Positions 58,749 through 64,000 of a DNA stretch of 64,000 nt are shown piece after piece (positions within the stretch are counted from its first letter, which is position 1; each line of letters opens with the position of its first letter). This stretch comes from Vulcanimicrobiales bacterium. Lineage in GTDB: Bacteria > Vulcanimicrobiota > Vulcanimicrobiia > Vulcanimicrobiales > Vulcanimicrobiaceae. Made by a program: the position numbers and the translations under genes. Location: positions 96,001 to 160,000 of the forward strand of contig JBBRLI010000006.1 in the NCBI GenBank assembly GCA_038231455.1, given 5' to 3'. Under the pieces are notes generated by a model, which saw nothing but the letters and a program-made list of their open reading frames with translations, ran no database searches and was not told the DNA's origin.

Positions 58749-58776
58749 ATATCGGCGCTTGAGGGCCAGAGCGTTA
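58749..58776 (-). promoter_or_regulatory. Putative sigma28 (FliA/SigD) promoter of flagellin
   Basis: Minus strand TAAC-N16-GCCGATAT. Confidence 0.65.
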
Positions 58777-58898
58777 GGGGGCTCGCTCCCTTGTCGCTTA
58801 AGGTGTGACGGTCGTCCGCAGGAGGCGGCGTCGCACAGCGTCCCTTGCACGAACGTCTAGCCAATGGGCCAAGTGAACCTCAGGCGAAGCGACGGAAC

Positions 58899-60350
58899 GT
58901 GAGCGACACGATGCAGTCTCTTCTGGAACACTACGCACGCGTCGACTATTACGACGAATTCACCGACGATCGGGGCGTCCCGCGGCCGCACTACCGGCAG
59001 CTCGCGCAAACGCTCGCCGGGATCGATTGGGCGGATTTTCAGCACCGCGTGCAAGTCGTCAATAATGTTTTGCTGCAACGCGGCGTGACGTTCACCGTGT
59101 ATGCCGATTCGCGCGGTACCGAGCGCATTTTGCCGTTCGATCTCATCCCGCGGATCGTCTCCAAAGACGAGTGGTCGCCGATCAAAGCCGGGATCGCGCA
59201 ACGCGTGCGCGCGCTTAACGAATTTTTGCGCGACGTCTACGGCGAGCAGCGCATCCTCCACGACGGCAAGATCCCGTGGCAGTTGATCTATTCATCGCGC
59301 TTCTTCAACCGCGAGATGATTGGCATCGTGCCGCCGCATGGCGTGTACATTCACGTCTCGGGCGTCGATCTGATTCGCGGTCGCGACGGCACGGCGTACG
59401 TGCTCGAAGATAACTTGCGCACGCCCTCGGGCATTTCGTACGTGCTCGAGAATCGCGAAGTGCTCAAACGTTCGTTCCCGCAGCTCTTCGAGCATTATTC
59501 GCCCCGGCCGGTTGACGACTATCCGCGCCGCCTACGCGATGCGCTGCGCTATTCGGCGCCTATCGGCGTGAGCGATCCGACGATCGTGCTCCTCACGCCC
59601 GGCATCTACAACTCGGCGTATTTCGAACACACGATGCTCGCGCGGCGGATGGGCGTGGAACTCGTCGAGGGCCCCGATCTGCTCGTGCGCGACAACGTCG
59701 TGTATATGAAGACGACCAAAGGGCTCACACGCGTCGATGTGATCTACCGCCGCATCGACGATGATTTTCTCGACCCACTTTACTTCCGCGCCGACTCCAC
59801 GCTCGGCGTCGCGGGTCTGATGAACGCCTATCGCGCGGGTAACGTCACGGTCGCCAATGCCGTTGGCACCGGTGTCGCCGATGATAAAGCGGTGTATCCG
59901 TTCGTCCCGGCGATGATTCGCTACTATCTGCGCGAGGAGCCGATTCTGCCGAACGTCCCAACGTACGATTGCACCGATCCGCTCGACCGCTCGTACGTGC
60001 TCGAGCACCTCGATGAACTCGTCGTGAAGAATACGAACCAGTCCGGCGGATACGGCATGCTGATGGGTCCGCAGTCGACCGGCAGCGAGCGCGACAAATT
60101 TGCCAAGGCCATCACGGACAACCCGCGCGAGTTCATCGCGCAGCCGATCATCCCGCTCTCGTGCCACCCAACGGTGTGCGGCGAATCTATCGCGCCGCGG
60201 CATTTAGACTTGCGTCCGTTCGTGCTCTTCGGTGAGGATGTCGACGTGCCGCCGGCAGCGCTCACGCGCGTCGCGCTGACGGAGGGGTCGCTCGTCGTGA
60301 ACTCCTCGCAAGGCGGCGGCAGCAAAGATACCTGGATCTTGGAAGACTAG
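58899..60350 (+). CDS. Circularly permuted type 2 ATP-grasp protein
   Basis: GVTF.VY, PFDLIPR, VLEDNLRTPSG.SY, NSAYFEH, YRRIDD, VVNSSQGGGSKDTW; start GTG 58899 or ATG 58911. Confidence 0.95.
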   Translation: MSDTMQSLLEHYARVDYYDEFTDDRGVPRPHYRQLAQTLAGIDWADFQHRVQVVNNVLLQRGVTFTVYADSRGTERILPFDLIPRIVSKDEWSPIKAGIAQRVRALNEFLRDVYGEQRILHDGKIPWQLIYSSRFFNREMIGIVPPHGVYIHVSGVDLIRGRDGTAYVLEDNLRTPSGISYVLENREVLKRSFPQLFEHYSPRPVDDYPRRLRDALRYSAPIGVSDPTIVLLTPGIYNSAYFEHTMLARRMGVELVEGPDLLVRDNVVYMKTTKGLTRVDVIYRRIDDDFLDPLYFRADSTLGVAGLMNAYRAGNVTVANAVGTGVADDKAVYPFVPAMIRYYLREEPILPNVPTYDCTDPLDRSYVLEHLDELVVKNTNQSGGYGMLMGPQSTGSERDKFAKAITDNPREFIAQPIIPLSCHPTVCGESIAPRHLDLRPFVLFGEDVDVPPAALTRVALTEGSLVVNSSQGGGSKDTWILED

Positions 60351-60353
60351 CCG

Positions 60354-61292
60354 ATGCTCAGCCGTGTTGCCGAATCGATGTACTGGCTTAGCCGCAATAT
60401 CGAGCGCGCCGAAACGCTCGCGCGTATTCTCGATGTCAATTACAACCGCACGATGGACCGGAGTGGCGCAAACCAAGCCGGCACGCGTCGCATTTGGGAG
60501 AGCGTCCTTGAAATCTGCGGCGCCACGGTCGAAGTCGATCTCTGGGATCCGGAGAAAATCGCGACCAATGCGTTTGAATTCTGCACGTTCTCAACGGAGA
60601 ACCGCACCTCGATCCTCTCGTGCATCCGCATCGCACGCGCAAATGCGCTGAGCGTCCGCGCGGAACTCTCAACCGAAGTGTGGGAGACGATCAATAGCCT
60701 CTACCTTTTCGTTGAGGCGCAATCGCCGCGCTCGATTGCGCGCGAGGGGCCATCGTCGTTTCTGCGTTCGCTGCGCGACACATCGCAAGCTTTCGGCGGC
60801 GTCGTCGATGCGACGATCATGCACGATGATGAGTGGAATTTCTTGCAGGTCGGCCGGTTTGCCGAACGTGCCGCGATGACGACGCGGATCATCCGCGCGC
60901 AAGACGTCAGCGACCAATCCGCGCACGAGTGGCAACGTCTGCTCGAAATGTGCTGCGCAAGCGAACCGTTTGCGAAGTCGCAGCGCCTCACATCCGAGCC
61001 GAGCGAAGTCCTGGGCTTCCTGTTCTTACACCCAAGCTTTCCGCGCTCGACGCGCTTCTGCGTGCACGAAGTCGATAACGCTCTCCACCGCCTCTCGGAG
61101 ACGCCGAAGGCGAACTTCAGCAACGAGGCCGAGCGGATGACGGGGCGCCTCGCGGCAATGCTCGACTTCGTGCAGCTCGACGAAATACTCGAGGAAGGCA
61201 GTACGCGCTTTGCCACTCGCGTCGGCGAGCGCTTCGATGGCGTTGGTGCGGCGATCGAAACCGCTTATTTCCCCCGCGTCCCGGTGATGTAA
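60354..61292 (+). CDS. Alpha-E domain protein (DUF403)
   Basis: MLSRVAES.YW..R..ERAE..AR, GR..ERA, FPRS. Confidence 0.95.
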   Translation: MLSRVAESMYWLSRNIERAETLARILDVNYNRTMDRSGANQAGTRRIWESVLEICGATVEVDLWDPEKIATNAFEFCTFSTENRTSILSCIRIARANALSVRAELSTEVWETINSLYLFVEAQSPRSIAREGPSSFLRSLRDTSQAFGGVVDATIMHDDEWNFLQVGRFAERAAMTTRIIRAQDVSDQSAHEWQRLLEMCCASEPFAKSQRLTSEPSEVLGFLFLHPSFPRSTRFCVHEVDNALHRLSETPKANFSNEAERMTGRLAAMLDFVQLDEILEEGSTRFATRVGERFDGVGAAIETAYFPRVPVM

Positions 61293-62138
61293 ATGGACTA
61301 CACGATCCTCCACTCCACAATGTATCGCTATCCGAAGAAAATCCACGAATCGTATTCGATCGTGCATCTGCAGCCGCGGAGCGATCAGTTTCAGTATTGC
61401 ACGAAGTTCGAATTGATCGTTGCACCGCGCACGCGGGTCTTCTCGTACTTGGATCGCTTCGCAAACGACGTGCAGCATTTCGCCGTGCTTCCGGATCACG
61501 ACGTTCTCACGGTGACGGCGCGCTCCAACGTGATGACGGTGCGTCCGCACGAGACGCCGATTCCCACACCCGTCACGCGAGCGATGCTCGCGGGCGATTC
61601 CGTGGTCGATACCTTGTACGATTTTCTGCACGAGAGTCGGTACGTCGAATTCGGTACGGCGCTTCACGCGCTCAACGCGGAGATCGGCACGCCCGGTGAG
61701 GATCTTGTCGCCTGGTATCTGCACGCTGGAAAATTCATTCGCGAACGATTCACCTACGATAAGGAAGCAACGACCGTTCATGCAACGGTCGAAGAATCAA
61801 TCGATCGCCGGGCCGGTGTCTGCCAAGACTTCGCGCACATCCTCGTCGCGCTGTGCCGCTACAATCGCATCCCCGCGCGCTATGTGAGCGGCTATATCTT
61901 TGGCGGAAGCTCGATTCTCGGTGCCGACGCCTCACACGCCTGGTGCGAGGCGTACTTCCCGCCGCACGGTTGGGTGGGTCTCGATCCCACCAACGACAAG
62001 CTTATCAACGATGAGTTTGTGAAAATCGGCGTCGGCCGCGACTATCGCGACGTAAGCCCGGTGCGCGGCGTGTACAAAGGCCTCGCGCAAAGCGTGATGT
62101 CGGTCAACGTCGCGATGGAGGCGCTCTCGAACCAGTAG
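61293..62138 (+). CDS. Transglutaminase-like protein
   Basis: GVCQDFAH, ARYVSGY, SHAW.E, LDPTN, GRDY.DV.P (Cys-His-Asp triad). Confidence 0.95.
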   Translation: MDYTILHSTMYRYPKKIHESYSIVHLQPRSDQFQYCTKFELIVAPRTRVFSYLDRFANDVQHFAVLPDHDVLTVTARSNVMTVRPHETPIPTPVTRAMLAGDSVVDTLYDFLHESRYVEFGTALHALNAEIGTPGEDLVAWYLHAGKFIRERFTYDKEATTVHATVEESIDRRAGVCQDFAHILVALCRYNRIPARYVSGYIFGGSSILGADASHAWCEAYFPPHGWVGLDPTNDKLINDEFVKIGVGRDYRDVSPVRGVYKGLAQSVMSVNVAMEALSNQ

Positions 62139-62152
62139 GCGCAAAGCGCCGG

Positions 62153-63004
62153 ATGCGTACACTCGAAGAACGTCGCGTGATCGGCGGCGCACAAACGGCG
62201 CTTGCGACTGTCGCGACCGGCCCTCTCGATGCTCGGCCGATTGTTTTCATCCACGGCTGGTCGCAGTCGATGCACGCCTGGGACGGTTTGTTGCAGTCCT
62301 CGCTTGCGAACGACTATCGCCTTGTCGCTCTGGACATGCGCGGTCATGGGCGCAGCGATCGTCCAGAGCCGGTCGGATCGTACCGAGAGAGTTTGCTGTG
62401 GGCAGACGACGTCGCCGCCGTGATCGCCGCGCACGATCTCACAAAGCCGATTCTCGTCGGCTGGTCGTACGGCGGCTACGTGATCGCCGACTACCTCCGC
62501 CACTATGGCGAGGGCAACGTCGGGGGCGTCCTCTTTGCAGGCGCGATCACCCAGCGGGCGACCGAGAAAACGAAGCGTTACCGCAACGGCGAGAGCGGTG
62601 CGCGGTTCAAAGCCGCAACGACCCCGGGCGGAAACGACCGGGAGGCGGCGCGCGATTTTCTGCGGCTCTGCACCTTTGATCCGCTGCCGTCCGCCCGGGC
62701 CGAATTCTTGATCGACGAGATGGCGCTCGTGCCGGTCGACGTACGCGCCGCGCTTTTCGACCGCCCGACCGTCGACAACGACGACGTGCTCTCCAAGCTG
62801 ACGATCCCCGTGACCGTCGTGCACGGCGCCGAGGACCGGATCGTGTTGCCTGCATCCGCCGAGGACCATGCGGAGGTCATCCCGGGAACAACCCTGAGGA
62901 TCTACCCGGGCGTCGGGCATATGCCGTTCGAAGAGGCGCCCGAGGCGTTCGAAGCCGACCTGCGGGCGCTTGCCAAGCGGGCCGCCGGGGGTGCATCCCC
63001 CTAG
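62153..63004 (+). CDS. Alpha/beta hydrolase
   Basis: FIHGW, DMRGHGRS, GWSYG nucleophile elbow, HG.ED, GH.P. Confidence 0.92.
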   Translation: MRTLEERRVIGGAQTALATVATGPLDARPIVFIHGWSQSMHAWDGLLQSSLANDYRLVALDMRGHGRSDRPEPVGSYRESLLWADDVAAVIAAHDLTKPILVGWSYGGYVIADYLRHYGEGNVGGVLFAGAITQRATEKTKRYRNGESGARFKAATTPGGNDREAARDFLRLCTFDPLPSARAEFLIDEMALVPVDVRAALFDRPTVDNDDVLSKLTIPVTVVHGAEDRIVLPASAEDHAEVIPGTTLRIYPGVGHMPFEEAPEAFEADLRALAKRAAGGASP

Positions 63005-63005
63005 A

Positions 63006-63035
63006 CTAGCAGTGTGTTCATGAGAGTGCTAATAT
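63006..63035 (+). promoter_or_regulatory. CIRCE operator overlapping hsp20-lon promoter
   Basis: CTAGCAGTG-N9-GAGTGCTAA (63006-63032); TGcTAATAT extended -10. Confidence 0.82.
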
Positions 63036-63057
63036 CTCTTGAAAGGATCGAAGCAAC

Positions 63058-63483
63058 GTGAGACAAGGCGGCGACGAGTTCGACCTAGCCTTCGCCGAAT
63101 TCGCGACACGGTCGTGGAGCGGGCGCTACGAACCCAACACCGACGTCTTCTTCGATGATGCCGGCGAGCGGATCGTGGTCCACGTGGAACTTGCGGGCAT
63201 CGATTCGGATAGCTTACGCGTGGGGGTGGACGAGCGCCACTTGGTGATCGTCGGGTCTCGCTCCCAAAGTTCGACCGCACGCAACGGCTCGATCCTCCAA
63301 AAAGAAATTCAATACGGCGAATTCGTGAAAAAAATTCGCCTGCCGGTGCCCATCTCATACGGAGATGCAAGCGCCCTCTACCGCGACGGCATCCTCACAA
63401 TCGAATTGCCGGTCTCTGCCGCCAGTCATTTCCCGACGCACCGGACCGAAATCCGGATGATCGTCAGAAGGACCCCCGCCTAA
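63058..63483 (+). CDS. Hsp20/alpha-crystallin small heat shock protein
   Basis: P..DVF, VELAG, EI.YG.F.K.I.LP, A.YRDGIL.I.LP. Confidence 0.92.
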   Translation: MRQGGDEFDLAFAEFATRSWSGRYEPNTDVFFDDAGERIVVHVELAGIDSDSLRVGVDERHLVIVGSRSQSSTARNGSILQKEIQYGEFVKKIRLPVPISYGDASALYRDGILTIELPVSAASHFPTHRTEIRMIVRRTPA

Positions 63484-64000
63484 TGGCATCCCGTATAAAA
63501 ACGCCTGACATCATCGGAATTCTGCCGCTGCAAGAAGCGGTGCTCTTCCCGAATACCGTGATTCCGCTCGCCGTCGTGAAGCGGCCGGGCATCGCGCTCG
63601 TTGAAGAAGCGCTGCGCGAAGGCAAGCAGATCGGCCTCGTCGTTCTTAAAGATAAAGAGACCGACGATCCGGGACCGGGCGACATCCGTCGTTACGGCAC
63701 GATCGGCACGATTCAGAAAATGCTCAAGGTGCCGGACGGCACGCTGCGCTGCATCGTTGCGGGTGGCGATGTATTCCGCATCGATGACTACGTGCAGACC
63801 GAGCCCTATCTTGCGGCCACCTACACGACGATGCCGGATATCACCAAAGAATCCGACGATCTCGTTGCGATGCAGCGCAATCTCGGCACGCTCTTTCAGA
63901 AGTTGCTCGGCTACCTTCCCCAAGCTCCGCGCGAGATGGAGATGGAAGTCAACAATATCAACGACCCGAACCTGCTGACGTATTTCGTCGCAAGCTCGAT
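63483..64000 (+). CDS. lon: Lon protease N-terminal domain (runs off window)
   Basis: TAATG coupling; MASRIKTPDIIGILPLQEAVLFPNTVIPL...GTIGTI.KMLKVPDGT; ATPase and protease domains not visible. Confidence 0.85.
   Translation, partial: MASRIKTPDIIGILPLQEAVLFPNTVIPLAVVKRPGIALVEEALREGKQIGLVVLKDKETDDPGPGDIRRYGTIGTIQKMLKVPDGTLRCIVAGGDVFRIDDYVQTEPYLAATYTTMPDITKESDDLVAMQRNLGTLFQKLLGYLPQAPREMEMEVNNINDPNLLTYFVASS

Overview
High-GC bacterial chromosome segment with no rRNA, tRNA, CRISPR array or intact mobile element visible. In order: (1-5.6 kb) end of a catabolic/uptake operon (PanE-like C-terminus, Gfo/Idh/MocA oxidoreductase, DUF885 protein, peptide-binding lipoprotein, D-2-hydroxyacid dehydrogenase); (5.8-18.3 kb) accessory block with a TetR pair, a BlaI/M56-led RND metal-efflux operon carrying Met-rich YtkA/FixH-like domains, and an arsR-arsI-aquaporin-arsC operon; (18.3-26.8 kb) a full-length Chloroflexus-type bifunctional malonyl-CoA reductase (3-hydroxypropionate pathway key enzyme) directly downstream of a DabB-DabA inorganic-carbon pump with a divergent winged-helix regulator; (27-42.6 kb) the dcw cluster, with a CofE-fold amide ligase coupled between murF and mraY and no ftsQAZ after ddl; (42.7-52.6 kb) citrate synthase, his genes, alr and a DHA2 efflux/TetR/monooxygenase unit; (52.6-64 kb) CIRCE-controlled groESL, vapBC, an orphan charge-depleted flagellin, an ATP-grasp/alpha-E/transglutaminase module and CIRCE-controlled hsp20-lon. 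TolC together with CIRCE and this dcw order suggests a diderm Terrabacteria lineage such as Eremiobacterota (inference only). Best candidates for an undescribed system: the DAB-Mcr carbon module and the CofE-like ligase in the cell-wall operon. Family calls come from motif recognition by eye, not database searches; several starts were moved from the ORF track using RBS and overlap evidence.
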